From an uncultured Bacteroidales bacterium (GTDB lineage Bacteria; Bacteroidota; Bacteroidia; Bacteroidales; Paludibacteraceae), in NCBI GenBank assembly GCA_945921355.1, contig CAMEKM010000004.1, forward strand, positions 6,305 through 70,304: a stretch of 64,000 nt of DNA. The letters run 5' to 3'. Below, in pieces: positions 17,154-27,638 of the stretch. The position numbers and the translations under genes are program-made. The notes under the pieces were generated by a model. The model made no database searches, was not told where the DNA came from, and saw only the letters and a program-made list of their open reading frames with translations. How positions within the stretch are numbered: position 1 is the stretch's first letter; each line of letters begins with the position of its first letter.

Positions 17154-17250
17154 CTAAACTGCACAAAAATAGAAATTTCCATTGTCTAAACTGCACAAAA
17201 ATAGAAATTTTCCTTGTCTAAACTGCACAAAAATAGAAATTTTCTTGAAA
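17154..17250. repeat. 3 tandem copies of a 32-bp unit (CTAAACTGCACAAAAATAGAAATTTTCCTTGT)
   Basis: Read directly. Each unit contains TATTTTTG, a -7-box match, on the minus strand. Confidence 0.9.
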
Positions 17251-17251
17251 A

Positions 17252-18244
17252 TCACACTATCGATTCATATATCGCCATCAATCGCTCAGCGACTTGGGTG
17301 TTGCTGAGTCCCATCTCAATAATGCGTTCGCGACCATTGGTGCGTTCCTTAAAGTGTAATGCTTCTTGCAGCAATACTACCATCTCATCAAGGCTCTTTT
17401 CATCCGCATCCCAGCGTTCGTGGGTCTTGCGTGGATTGCGCAAGATATAATGTCCAGACAAATCACCTAGCAAAGTGCTCACATCAGCTATGTCCGTCGC
17501 AAGGATTGGGCAATTGCATGCCATTGCTTCTTTGAGAGTTTGTGGCGAACCTTCGGAGTGAGAAGGCAGAGCAAATAGATCGCACGCATTCATTCGCAAC
17601 ACACATTCAGCACGGCTCAATCCTTTCATCTCTAAACATACAATATTGCCACATCGTTCCCCACCCTCTACAGGAACCCATGATGCTTGCTCAATGCGCT
17701 CAACGGCATCACGGAGGATTGCGTAATTTTTGCGTAAATTACTAAATCCACCGCCAAAAAGAATGTATTTGACACCATCTTCAAAGCCTAATTGCTGGCG
17801 AGCAGCAGCTTGATCCATGATATGACAATCATCCATATTCACACCACAAGGGATGATGGAGAATTTTTTGGCTTTGAAATATACTAAATCATGAATGTGT
17901 TGTGCCACATACACCACATGCTTTGCCCGCAAGGAGAAAAGTGATGTCAATAGGTTGACATGCCAGTTCAGTGTCTCACCGTTATGAAAGGTGGTTACCA
18001 CAGGTACGATCGACTGCAGTTCTGCTGTGATGGCAGAAAGCCCAAAATGTGCATGTACGATATCGGGCTGACACGCACGTATTTTTTGCTTGAGTGCTTT
18101 CACGGCACGCAAATAATTGCCCCGAACTAAGAAATACTCCACTTCGCAGCCTAATGCACGCAATGACTCACCCTGTTCTGTAACGAATGGGAGCTGGTGG
18201 TCGGCGAAATTCGACTTGTATCGGCTAACTTCTAAAATTTTCAT
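17252..18244 (-). CDS. glycosyltransferase family 4 (GT-B)
   Basis: The C-terminal EGSPQTLKEAMACNCPILATD motif is typical of GT4. Confidence 0.85.
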   Translation of the reverse strand: MKILEVSRYKSNFADHQLPFVTEQGESLRALGCEVEYFLVRGNYLRAVKALKQKIRACQPDIVHAHFGLSAITAELQSIVPVVTTFHNGETLNWHVNLLTSLFSLRAKHVVYVAQHIHDLVYFKAKKFSIIPCGVNMDDCHIMDQAAARQQLGFEDGVKYILFGGGFSNLRKNYAILRDAVERIEQASWVPVEGGERCGNIVCLEMKGLSRAECVLRMNACDLFALPSHSEGSPQTLKEAMACNCPILATDIADVSTLLGDLSGHYILRNPRKTHERWDADEKSLDEMVVLLQEALHFKERTNGRERIIEMGLSNTQVAERLMAIYESIV

Positions 18245-18253
18245 ATTAACAAT

Positions 18254-18781
18254 TCATTTTCTCATACGAATCACTTTGGCAGGATTACCTCCTACGATGG
18301 AATAATCAGGTACATCTTTTGTCACCACAGCTCCTGCACCTATAATACTATGTGCTCCAATGCGTTTACACCCTGGCAAAACAATCGCCCTGGCTCCAAT
18401 CCAAACATCGGTTTCTATCTCCAATGGTGAATCAGGGTAGTTTGAACTTGCCCCGATTAACTCATCTGGATTGTCATAAGAATGCCCTCCTCCTTGAAAC
18501 AAAACATCTTCACCCATCATGATATGATCTTTCATCGTGATAATACGATTATGAGAACAGAAATTTTTCCCTATACTAACTTTATATCCAACAGAAATTT
18601 TACTTCCATTGCCAAAATATGCTCCTTGTTCAAGATTCAGTCTTTCTCCACATTGTGCAAATAAATGTTTTGCACAACAACGACGCAATGCTTTGGCTAT
18701 TGCTCCTATTATCGGTACTGTAGACTTAGGCAAATGCCTGGCAAAGCCATAATACAATATCATCCAAAAAGTTCGCATCAT
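18254..18781 (-). CDS. hexapeptide-repeat O-acetyltransferase
   Basis: Left-handed beta-helix repeats ([12 protein letters not shown]...[25 protein letters not shown]). Confidence 0.8.
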   Translation of the reverse strand: MMRTFWMILYYGFARHLPKSTVPIIGAIAKALRRCCAKHLFAQCGERLNLEQGAYFGNGSKISVGYKVSIGKNFCSHNRIITMKDHIMMGEDVLFQGGGHSYDNPDELIGASSNYPDSPLEIETDVWIGARAIVLPGCKRIGAHSIIGAGAVVTKDVPDYSIVGGNPAKVIRMRK

Positions 18782-18787
18782 CTTTTA

Positions 18788-19777
18788 TTATTTTAATTTT
18801 CTTCGAATATTTCCATACTGCATAAACACCCATACTGTCAACCGAAACCCTATCCAACGTTTCATTGCCACCACTCTATTTGACTTTATAGATATACTAT
18901 GGTTTAACAAGGACGAATAGTCCTTCAATATGTGATAACTATCTTTTCTTTCTTGGATAGAAAGTTGTCCATAATTATATAAACAATTGGTGTACATCTG
19001 CGCCAAATACCCCATTACCGTTTGCCAATACAATTCGGTAGTAGCATCCACTACTCTATCATTATATAGATGCACAAACTTAGCAAAAATATGCTCATAC
19101 GAACGTAAGTAGCGTATGGTATATGTAGTGCTGATACTGCCCTCGCGATGTTGATAGCCGTATAATGGCAGATTAATAGCACGCACATTGCTTACATGTC
19201 GCCATAGGCGCAAACTCCAATCTACATCTTCACTCAGCAGTCCCTTCTGAAAATATATTTGATATTGCTCCAACAAATCACGTCGAATCAATTGGAAACA
19301 CGCGCTCATATTAAATGACTGCGTTCGAACCAACTGCGCAAACACTTCTGCTCCAGTATGAGTCGCCATATACTCCACATCATACGCTTTGCGTACGGTT
19401 TGATGATGAGCATATACATCCACCGCTTGAAAGAGCAACACATCTGGTTGCTCTGCGTGCGCTAAAGCCATCAGTTGCTCCAATCCATCATTCAGCAGAT
19501 ACACATCATCGCTATCCAAGAAAGCGACATAGTTTCCGGTTGCTACCTTTAGTCCCGCATTACGGGCATCGCTGAGACCACCGTTCTCTTTATGCACAAC
19601 TTGTATATGACTATCCTGCTGCGCCAGTTGATCGCATAATACGCTAGACGAATCTGTACTACCATCATTTACAAGAATCACTTGCAAATCTTGATATGTC
19701 TGCGTGATTACAGATTGAACGCAACATTGTAGATATTGCTCTACATTATATACTGGTATGATGATGCTGAGTTGCAT
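18788..19777 (-). CDS. glycosyltransferase family 2
   Basis: LSIIIPVYNVEQYL, VNDGSTD and FLDSDD motifs. Confidence 0.88.
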   Translation of the reverse strand: MQLSIIIPVYNVEQYLQCCVQSVITQTYQDLQVILVNDGSTDSSSVLCDQLAQQDSHIQVVHKENGGLSDARNAGLKVATGNYVAFLDSDDVYLLNDGLEQLMALAHAEQPDVLLFQAVDVYAHHQTVRKAYDVEYMATHTGAEVFAQLVRTQSFNMSACFQLIRRDLLEQYQIYFQKGLLSEDVDWSLRLWRHVSNVRAINLPLYGYQHREGSISTTYTIRYLRSYEHIFAKFVHLYNDRVVDATTELYWQTVMGYLAQMYTNCLYNYGQLSIQERKDSYHILKDYSSLLNHSISIKSNRVVAMKRWIGFRLTVWVFMQYGNIRRKLK

Positions 19778-19798
19778 AATTCTATAGATTGCTTTGGG

Positions 19799-21268
19799 TT
19801 ATTCCAGACATATTGAATTATCTGGTAGAGGTTTAATTGAACTATGACTCATCTGACGACGATAGGTGTTCGCCATCAGCCGTTCATAATTCACACTATG
19901 TATCACAGTAAATAATATAGCCATAAATACTGGAGTGCGGAATATGAATCCTGTGTACATAAAATACTCCCATGCACATATGGTTAGAAGCACATATTTG
20001 ATACGTTTATGCCTGCAATAGAACAAAAATGCAAAACTAAATAATATTGTGCATAATGCTCCTAATAATCCCGTAGTCACATAACTTTGAAATACACCAG
20101 TGGCAGAACCCTTATGATTGACATGTATTGTCAATGGCAGTTTGTCAAATTCCTCATAATCAGTACTATACATACTATTAAATCCCAATCCCCACCAATC
20201 TTGGTCGATGGTCTCATGGTCTCCTATCAATAAACGCAACATAGCAATAGTAGCACCTCCACGCCCCTCGGCTTCTATGTACTGATTTTTTTGAGCTATG
20301 ATAGCCCCACCCGCATATTGTATATGCTCATCTGCTTGTGCTATGGCATCGGATTGCCCCTGCAATCCTTCTTTTCCAAACTGATAGGTTTCTGCATATC
20401 CCATCGCATATTCCCAATCAAAACTACCCCATATCTTATGTTCTGGATTCAACGTTGGAGTTAAACGTACTCCACAATATAACAATAAAGGAACAAGCAA
20501 TATAGTTATAGCAATAGTAGAACCTTTCAAACGTAATTTGGGTACATATATCATGAAAGCGGCTACTACTACTGGAAGAATAAACATCACCGCTCGTTTG
20601 CCCGTAGTAAATCCGACTAATAGTAAACCTAATACATATAACCAATCCCACTTACCTAATTGTCCTTTTCTATAATACCATAGATTGATAAACCAAAGAA
20701 TCGGGATAGTTGTTCCTTGTGCACCACCAATGACTGTGAATGATCCTACTAACCCCTCCATCTGCCAGCCAATAACAAACATCTTAAATACAGATATGAT
20801 AATCTGCATCAAGCCAATATCATAAAATAACGCTAACAATCGCTCTCCTTTGCCGTTATATATGATATATTTAACAATGAAATAAAGCAATAGAATCTCC
20901 ACATATCGCGAATATTGGCTCAGCACAATCGTAATTGTGTTTTGCGTATATACAAACACCGACACTATAAACTGAATGGAAAATAACGCAAAAGTAATCA
21001 GCAGCCATCGTTCTCGCTTTTGATAGGTTCTATATGTATATAATTGATAAAAGAAATAGATACTCAATAATAGCATAGCCATCTTATACATATTTTCTAT
21101 TGTTTTACCATAAAAAATGAATACACGAGGCCAAGATAAAAGAATAAAGAGCAGCGAAATGGTATCCTTACGATACTTCCAAAGCATATAGATAAGGGTA
21201 CAAGTTATAAAAACTTGCATCCATATCTGTCCAGAAATTGAAAGCCCAGGTATTAACTCAAAGCGCAT
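19799..21268 (-). CDS. O-antigen polymerase (Wzy)/O-antigen-ligase-like membrane protein
   Basis: 489 aa with about 10 hydrophobic segments and one large loop (about residues 280-390). Confidence 0.6.
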   Translation of the reverse strand: MRFELIPGLSISGQIWMQVFITCTLIYMLWKYRKDTISLLFILLSWPRVFIFYGKTIENMYKMAMLLLSIYFFYQLYTYRTYQKRERWLLITFALFSIQFIVSVFVYTQNTITIVLSQYSRYVEILLLYFIVKYIIYNGKGERLLALFYDIGLMQIIISVFKMFVIGWQMEGLVGSFTVIGGAQGTTIPILWFINLWYYRKGQLGKWDWLYVLGLLLVGFTTGKRAVMFILPVVVAAFMIYVPKLRLKGSTIAITILLVPLLLYCGVRLTPTLNPEHKIWGSFDWEYAMGYAETYQFGKEGLQGQSDAIAQADEHIQYAGGAIIAQKNQYIEAEGRGGATIAMLRLLIGDHETIDQDWWGLGFNSMYSTDYEEFDKLPLTIHVNHKGSATGVFQSYVTTGLLGALCTILFSFAFLFYCRHKRIKYVLLTICAWEYFMYTGFIFRTPVFMAILFTVIHSVNYERLMANTYRRQMSHSSIKPLPDNSICLE

Positions 21269-21271
21269 AAA

Positions 21272-21820
21272 CTATTTTGTTTTCAATACTCTTGCAGGCA
21301 CTCCACCTACAACTACATTATCTTCTACATCTTTTACCACCAATGCTTGAGCTCCAATCGTAACATTATTGCCGATAGTAACTCCACCAATAACCTTGGC
21401 ACCGCAACACACTTCTACATCATCTCCCAAAATCGGTAGTTTATCCTCATTATACCCTATAGTTACTTGTTGGAAAATCTTTGCATTCTTTCCAATTCGT
21501 TCCGCAGTAATAATCGTTGCAAATCCATGCTGAATCAGAAAGCCACCACCAATATCTTTACAATGAATATACAAACTATCTAACGGAGAACATATCCAAC
21601 GCAAAAAATATTGCGCTTTCCCCATGCGATAATAACAAATATTACGGAACTCCTTGTACTCTGCCATCAAAAATACAAACGTCCAATATGATGAACTATA
21701 CGGACATTGTTTCCAGTCAGCCCATCGCATCATATCAGCTACGAAACGAATATTTTTGTGTACCAATAGGTATAAGCCCCATAGTTTTAACGCATGTAAT
21801 ATGTGTAGTAATTTATGCAT
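21272..21820 (-). CDS. serine-acetyltransferase-like hexapeptide acyltransferase
   Basis: C-terminal LbH repeats (IGGVTIGNNVTIGAQALVVKDV..VVGGVPARV). Confidence 0.75.
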   Translation of the reverse strand: MHKLLHILHALKLWGLYLLVHKNIRFVADMMRWADWKQCPYSSSYWTFVFLMAEYKEFRNICYYRMGKAQYFLRWICSPLDSLYIHCKDIGGGFLIQHGFATIITAERIGKNAKIFQQVTIGYNEDKLPILGDDVEVCCGAKVIGGVTIGNNVTIGAQALVVKDVEDNVVVGGVPARVLKTK

Positions 21821-22508
21821 GCAGTATCTTTTTGATTTCTATTACAATTTGACGAATAATCTTCTTATACCAAGGATACCAACTTATATCCCATAGGTGC
21901 AAAGCATATGAATTCACTGATTTGTACTTCAAAAAATCCTTTTCCATACGTTTAGAGAATGGAAACGAATAAAAGTAGTCATATGGATATATTTTAGCAG
22001 TATGATCTCCCAATACAATAGGAGTAATGATGCGTGGAACTATAAACTGATCCAAATAATTAGCATCAAATATCAATATATCATATTTTGCCAAGATTTG
22101 TTCTATACACGCACATTCTTGAGACGCTCCCAACACGCCACAAGAAACGATATTCATTGTTGTATTTTCCCATGCTGCAAAGAACTCCGCATCCAACAAA
22201 TCATCCATATTGCGTATCAGATACATATCCGTATCTAAATACACTCCACCGCAATGATATAGTGCCCAAAAACGCACATAGTCGGCTACAAAAGCATATT
22301 TCTTAGCAGCATAAGCACCTTTCACAAAGGAATGTCCCATTGGATTAGGTAAATTATGCTCAGCCGCATAAGTAGCACAAGTTTCCTCGTTCCATAGGCA
22401 AAACTCATAATCCGACAAATGTTTATGCCATGTAGCTATGCACTTACGTACCGTCCTTGAAAATGGCTTGGGACCGAACCAACAGTAGTGGATTATTTTT
22501 GGAATCAT
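21813..22508 (-). CDS. glycosyltransferase (GT32-like, DXD)
   Basis: IPKIIHYCWFG start and GGVYLDTDM DXD motif. Confidence 0.75.
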   Translation of the reverse strand: MIPKIIHYCWFGPKPFSRTVRKCIATWHKHLSDYEFCLWNEETCATYAAEHNLPNPMGHSFVKGAYAAKKYAFVADYVRFWALYHCGGVYLDTDMYLIRNMDDLLDAEFFAAWENTTMNIVSCGVLGASQECACIEQILAKYDILIFDANYLDQFIVPRIITPIVLGDHTAKIYPYDYFYSFPFSKRMEKDFLKYKSVNSYALHLWDISWYPWYKKIIRQIVIEIKKILHA

Positions 22509-22510
22509 AA

Positions 22511-23425
22511 TTATTTCAATAATCTATTAGCTATTCGTAATAATAACTTCACCATCTTACTATCCCCCACTCTGCTCAATCTTGGATATCTACCCAATAG
22601 CAGATAATCTCGTTGCATGCGCTTGCTCATATAGCGATCCAAAATCTGCTGGCGCTCCTTCGCGCAGAATTCGGGGCTGTGGTAACTCAAACCCGTATTC
22701 TCAAAATAGGCAATATCTACATCTTTATAGTGCAACGTCACCTCATTGTGAAAAGCAATCACACGAAAGAACCAATCGAAATCCGAACAAATGCGCATAT
22801 CGGCATCGTACATGCCGTATTTGTCAAATAGACTGCGACGGACAAAGGAGGCTTGATGCTTCATGCAGCTGTTGTACAAGTCCACGAAACTCGGATTAGC
22901 AACTCCGCGGGCGATGCCGACGCGTTGACCATTGCCGTCAACGATGATTTCGTTGCCGTAGAGGATATCGGGGGTAGAGGTTAAAGGTGAGAGGTTAAAG
23001 GTTAGAGGCTTGAATATTAACTCTAATACGTGTTCATTGCAGAACGTATCGCCAGCATTCAGGAAGTAGCAGTATTCCCCGTGCGCAAGGCGGATGCCTT
23101 TGTTCTGAGCATCATAGACACCCCTATCTTTTTCGGAAATCCATGTAATAGGCGATGAGGTGATAAGGTGATTAGGTAATGAGGACAGATTATCAGCTTT
23201 GCTATTCTCTTGCCTTATAGCCTTATAGCCTTCTGGCCTTATATCCTCATTATCAGCATACTCGCGGATAATCTCCACGCTACCATCCGTCGATGCACCA
23301 TCCACAATGATATGCTCAAAGTCGCGAAAGGTTTGGGATTTCACAGACTGTATCGTACGGTACAAACCTTCTGCGTTGTTGTAGTTAATAGTTATGATTG
23401 ATAGTCTCATCTTATAATGGTTCAT
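22511..23425 (-). CDS. glycosyltransferase family 2 with two in-frame periodic-repeat insertions
   Basis: [19 protein letters not shown] and FLNAGD motifs. The inserts are encoded at 22971-23010 and 23151-23243. Confidence 0.85.
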   Translation of the reverse strand: MNHYKMRLSIITINYNNAEGLYRTIQSVKSQTFRDFEHIIVDGASTDGSVEIIREYADNEDIRPEGYKAIRQENSKADNLSSLPNHLITSSPITWISEKDRGVYDAQNKGIRLAHGEYCYFLNAGDTFCNEHVLELIFKPLTFNLSPLTSTPDILYGNEIIVDGNGQRVGIARGVANPSFVDLYNSCMKHQASFVRRSLFDKYGMYDADMRICSDFDWFFRVIAFHNEVTLHYKDVDIAYFENTGLSYHSPEFCAKERQQILDRYMSKRMQRDYLLLGRYPRLSRVGDSKMVKLLLRIANRLLK

Positions 23426-24014
23426 TTACTTTTATACCATCCCGACGAATAATGCGCGCAGGATTCCCAACCACCAGACAATTATCAGGAACATCTTTTG
23501 TTACTACGGCCCCTGCTCCAATGACGGCGTTATTGCCAATGTGAATATTACCTAAAACTAATGCACCCGCTAATATATGCACATTGTCTCCTATTGTAGG
23601 ATAGTCATTTTTATCTGTAGCTCCAATTGTAACCTGCTGATTAATCCAACAATTTTTACCTATTGCCTTGGCGACAACAATTGTGCTAAATCCATGACAA
23701 AAAAACAATCCACCACCTATTTCCGAATCGCAGCTAATCAATGGTTCGTTCTGAGATGGATAGATACCTCTCAAAAAGACCGAACATCTCTTCAAACGAT
23801 AATACAACACATTACGAAATGTTCGTTCCACAATCATCAAGTAAACGAAGTCTCTATACTTCACATTAGCGATTCTATTTGGATAATCATGAAGATAATA
23901 CTGAATATCCGCATGTATTAAATCCCATTTCTTTGATTTCTTTATAATAAGCCAAAAAACTAAGAGTATAGGATATGAAAAGAATATTTTAACCTTATGC
24001 ATCATAATTGCCAC
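23412..24014 (-). CDS. serine-acetyltransferase-like hexapeptide acyltransferase
   Basis: LbH repeats ([38 protein letters not shown]). It is a paralogue of 21272-21820. Confidence 0.75.
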   Translation of the reverse strand: MAIMMHKVKIFFSYPILLVFWLIIKKSKKWDLIHADIQYYLHDYPNRIANVKYRDFVYLMIVERTFRNVLYYRLKRCSVFLRGIYPSQNEPLISCDSEIGGGLFFCHGFSTIVVAKAIGKNCWINQQVTIGATDKNDYPTIGDNVHILAGALVLGNIHIGNNAVIGAGAVVTKDVPDNCLVVGNPARIIRRDGIKVNEPL

Positions 24015-24853
24015 TTTTTTCTTTCAAAACTATAATGTACAATATTTTTTTTCATCCATCTATTTTGCACTTTATTCGACCTGCGACAACGAATCTTATT
24101 GCGCATACCATATGTTTGACAAATAGTCCGTACTTCCGTCTCATAACGGTTCTGTCCTTCTATTGACAACTGTTCCCCATGCTGACGAAAGCCACCTAAG
24201 ATAGTGTTGACAGAATACAACTTGGACACTTGAAACATTTTGCACCACAATTCAAAGTCTGCAGCAAGACGATATTGCAAGTTCAGTCCCCCCACCTTGT
24301 CGAATAAAGACTTGCGGAAGAAAGTACTCTCCTGTTGCAACCATCGGAAATCACCACGCTTAAATCGCTCCCACGACCAATATTGAGTTGGGAATGTTTT
24401 AACGCATAATCCCTCCGCATTATAGAGCGTAGGCGTACCTGTCAACCACTCCACTTCATGCAGTTGAGCAAAGATCTGCCCTACGATATGCAGCGCATTT
24501 GTGTGGTACATATCGTCGGAGTTAAGCCATGCAACAATCTCTCCAGTTGCCATTGCCATACCTTTCATGATTGCGTGGTACATACCGTTGTCGGGCTCAG
24601 AGAGCCAGCGCAAAGCGTGGACAGCGGCGTTGCCGTTTTCAGAGCCTTTAACCTCTAACCTTTCACCTCTAACCAACTCATCCGCATACTGGCGGATAAC
24701 ATCCACGGTACCATCGGTGCTACCGCCATCTATGATGATATACTCTAGATTAGGATAATCTTGACTGATTACCGACTGGATGGTCTGCTCAATCATCCCT
24801 ACTCGATTATAGACTGGAGTAATAATCGATATTTTAGGATATTGCATCATCAT
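24002..24853 (-). CDS. glycosyltransferase family 2 with an in-frame heptamer-repeat insertion
   Basis: [19 protein letters not shown] and WLNSDD motifs. The insert is encoded at 24640-24680. Confidence 0.85.
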   Translation of the reverse strand: MMMQYPKISIITPVYNRVGMIEQTIQSVISQDYPNLEYIIIDGGSTDGTVDVIRQYADELVRGERLEVKGSENGNAAVHALRWLSEPDNGMYHAIMKGMAMATGEIVAWLNSDDMYHTNALHIVGQIFAQLHEVEWLTGTPTLYNAEGLCVKTFPTQYWSWERFKRGDFRWLQQESTFFRKSLFDKVGGLNLQYRLAADFELWCKMFQVSKLYSVNTILGGFRQHGEQLSIEGQNRYETEVRTICQTYGMRNKIRCRRSNKVQNRWMKKNIVHYSFERKKWQL

Positions 24854-25701
24854 TTTACAAATCTTCCAAATTTAGTCATTAATCTAAATGGCAATATGCG
24901 TGCCCATTGACACCAACGCGGAGCATATTGCGCAAAATATTTACGATAGCTATCTGAATCCCTATTTTGTTTACATAATTGCAACAAATAGCGGTGTCCA
25001 ATATATGGTGCCACGAAATCGCGATGCTCATACATGCACATATCAAGCGATTCAGCATTACGCTGAGAGGAGTTGATACCAGTTGGTTTCTTATACCATC
25101 GATACAGCACATGGGGGGAATGAACAAATTTTACACCACTTTTCAGCATCCTTATCTGCAACTCATAGTCCTGACAGCCGAATGAATATGCTATCGCAAG
25201 TGGATATTGAATAGCAACTTCCCTACGTGTCGCATTTTGCCCATAGGGCAAAATGCGACACGTAAAAAATTTGTCTATTCGCAACTGATTATTGCTATCC
25301 ACTAAAATAGAACAATCTACAACACGATTACTCTCACTTTCTATCAACTCATAGTTACCAAATACAACATCTGCACTTGGGTTTTCCTCAAAAGTCCGTG
25401 CTATATGCTCCAACGCATCTACAGGTAACTCATCATCTCCATCTACAGTATATATATAATCCCCTTTTGCTTCAGCAATACCCATATTGCGTGTTATGGA
25501 AACACCCACATTTTTTTCGGCGTACAACACCTGGATTCCTTCTTGCTCTAACTCACGACACACTTGTAGAGTTTCCGCATGATCAGAGAAATCCTTGACC
25601 ACGATTATTTCGTAGTCAGTATATGTCTGATTACGTATGGATTCCACTGCTTTGCGCAGTTCCAAACCTTCGTTATAGCAAGTAATGATTATTGAGAACA
25701 T
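24850..25701 (-). CDS. glycosyltransferase family 2
   Basis: FSIIITCYNE and VDGDDEL motifs. Confidence 0.85.
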   Translation of the reverse strand: MFSIIITCYNEGLELRKAVESIRNQTYTDYEIIVVKDFSDHAETLQVCRELEQEGIQVLYAEKNVGVSITRNMGIAEAKGDYIYTVDGDDELPVDALEHIARTFEENPSADVVFGNYELIESESNRVVDCSILVDSNNQLRIDKFFTCRILPYGQNATRREVAIQYPLAIAYSFGCQDYELQIRMLKSGVKFVHSPHVLYRWYKKPTGINSSQRNAESLDMCMYEHRDFVAPYIGHRYLLQLCKQNRDSDSYRKYFAQYAPRWCQWARILPFRLMTKFGRFVK

Positions 25702-25707
25702 ATGTTT

Positions 25708-26679
25708 CTATTTCAACAAAATGGCTAATTTATCTTTATAATTAAGAATTTCCTTCCACTCACAAGACATGTCTTTAATCTTATTGATCAAAGGCAAATG
25801 TCTTAAGTGTTTTTTTAGAGCAGTTTTAAAATTCTTATATAACCAATTATGCGATTTTGCTTGTAAAACAAGCGGATAGTAAGCGCGAAGCGTTTCTCTT
25901 GTCACATCTACACTTATGGTCTTATTCAATAAATCCGATAATAGAACTTGAGTACTTACTCCTAACTGATTTAGATAGTCTTTTCTAACGATATCTGATA
26001 AGTTTTTCTGCTTATCTGCATTCGAAATACTTATTCCTTCCTCACATTGACGAATATAGCCTAATACTTCAGGAATATTTATCATGTCGCCATATTGGAG
26101 CAGTTCGGTCCATAGTTTATAATCTTCCGCACATTTATATTCTTCACGATATCGTAACTTATATTGTTCTAAAATATCTTTACGAATCATCATTGTTGAA
26201 TGAGCAAACTGACAATAAATCGCCATATCATATCGAATATCTTGCACATCCGTTGCTACATCCACTGGAGTTTGCCGTTGATCACCATATATAGCATATA
26301 GTGTACCACATGCTACGATTTGAGGATTAGCCTCTAGACGATGTACTTGTTTCTCCAAGCGATTAGGAAGAGAAACATCATCCGCATCCATACGAGCAAT
26401 GTATTTACCACGACAGAGATCTATTCCTCGATTGAGCGTTTTTACAATACCCATATTAGATTCATTGGCATAGTACTTTATTCTCTCATCTGAATAGCTC
26501 AATATTATCTCTTCCGTAGTATCAGTAGAACCATCATTGATAATAACAAACTCAAAATCTGTAAAAGTTTGAGTAAGAATGCTATCAATCGCCTCACGAA
26601 TATAAGCAGCCGCATTGTATGCTGGCATTAGTACTGATATGATAGGTTTTATTTGCGACATAGCATTTGTTTTGCCCAT
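25708..26679 (-). CDS. glycosyltransferase family 2
   Basis: ISVLMPAYNA, INDGSTD and RMDADD motifs. Confidence 0.88.
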   Translation of the reverse strand: MGKTNAMSQIKPIISVLMPAYNAAAYIREAIDSILTQTFTDFEFVIINDGSTDTTEEIILSYSDERIKYYANESNMGIVKTLNRGIDLCRGKYIARMDADDVSLPNRLEKQVHRLEANPQIVACGTLYAIYGDQRQTPVDVATDVQDIRYDMAIYCQFAHSTMMIRKDILEQYKLRYREEYKCAEDYKLWTELLQYGDMINIPEVLGYIRQCEEGISISNADKQKNLSDIVRKDYLNQLGVSTQVLLSDLLNKTISVDVTRETLRAYYPLVLQAKSHNWLYKNFKTALKKHLRHLPLINKIKDMSCEWKEILNYKDKLAILLK

Positions 26680-27638
26680 TTTCTTAGTTTTTTATAATAA
26701 ACATAAATATTCCAACATAATGTTTTAATGGAGCTCTGACCACTGACAATGAGTATGTTACCATTTCTGAATATAATCAATCCTATGCAACTATCTTTTT
26801 GATTATGTGCTGAAAAATATATTAAATAATCATCATTATATTTAACAAGACAAGCTCTATATAATCCGACTTCATAAAAATCCCATTTTCTTCTAGATGG
26901 ATGAATAACGTGACAAAAATACTTAAAGTGGTATCCGTCTATACTTTTAAACCAATCTATGGATTGATTATCCACATCGAATACTAACATTTCATACCGA
27001 CCATCAATATATTGAACATCTATATGCCATGGAATAGTCTCATCATTATCTAATTTACAAATAACAGAAGTCGTCCATAACAATCCATCTATTGATTGTA
27101 TCAATCTTACATGCCTATCCTTGTTAGTATGCACATCATCGACATACCAACACCTGTAACCATTAGATGCTGACCAAGTAATAGCAGGAGATATTATATC
27201 ATTTCCATACTTCTCTCTCGAATTAGCTTCATGCAAGTCTATCACAACAATACGCTCTGACCATTCTAATCCATTAGTAGAAATCCTTTTATATAAAATA
27301 TTTATCTCATCCTCACACATTAAACGATAATATAATTCTAATGTATCGTTTTTCTTCACCAAATGAGGATCTGAGAAATAACATTTTTTTTCTATTTCTA
27401 TCTCTGTTAGATCATCTATTGGATTATTGATCGGAGTCCATTTAATTCCATCATCAGAATAATACACACATGGAACTTCATAACGATCTCTGTAAGGCAA
27501 TCTATCTACTATTGGATAGGGTGTTTGAGCCATCCAATACCTATGACCAAACAATCCTTCTTGGGTATATACTACAGTAGGATGATAGGGTTGATTTATT
27601 CCCCATGGATCTTCTATATTTAATGGTAGAGGTATCAC
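26649..27638 (-). CDS. hypothetical protein (possibly a beta-propeller glycosidase-like fold; weak call)
   Basis: 329-aa ORF embedded in the GT cluster. Repeated W/DG-containing strand patterns (YYSDDGIKW, SIDGLLW, SIDGYHF) are present, but there is no firm motif. Confidence 0.45.
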   Translation of the reverse strand: MIPLPLNIEDPWGINQPYHPTVVYTQEGLFGHRYWMAQTPYPIVDRLPYRDRYEVPCVYYSDDGIKWTPINNPIDDLTEIEIEKKCYFSDPHLVKKNDTLELYYRLMCEDEINILYKRISTNGLEWSERIVVIDLHEANSREKYGNDIISPAITWSASNGYRCWYVDDVHTNKDRHVRLIQSIDGLLWTTSVICKLDNDETIPWHIDVQYIDGRYEMLVFDVDNQSIDWFKSIDGYHFKYFCHVIHPSRRKWDFYEVGLYRACLVKYNDDYLIYFSAHNQKDSCIGLIIFRNGNILIVSGQSSIKTLCWNIYVYYKKLRKWAKQMLCRK

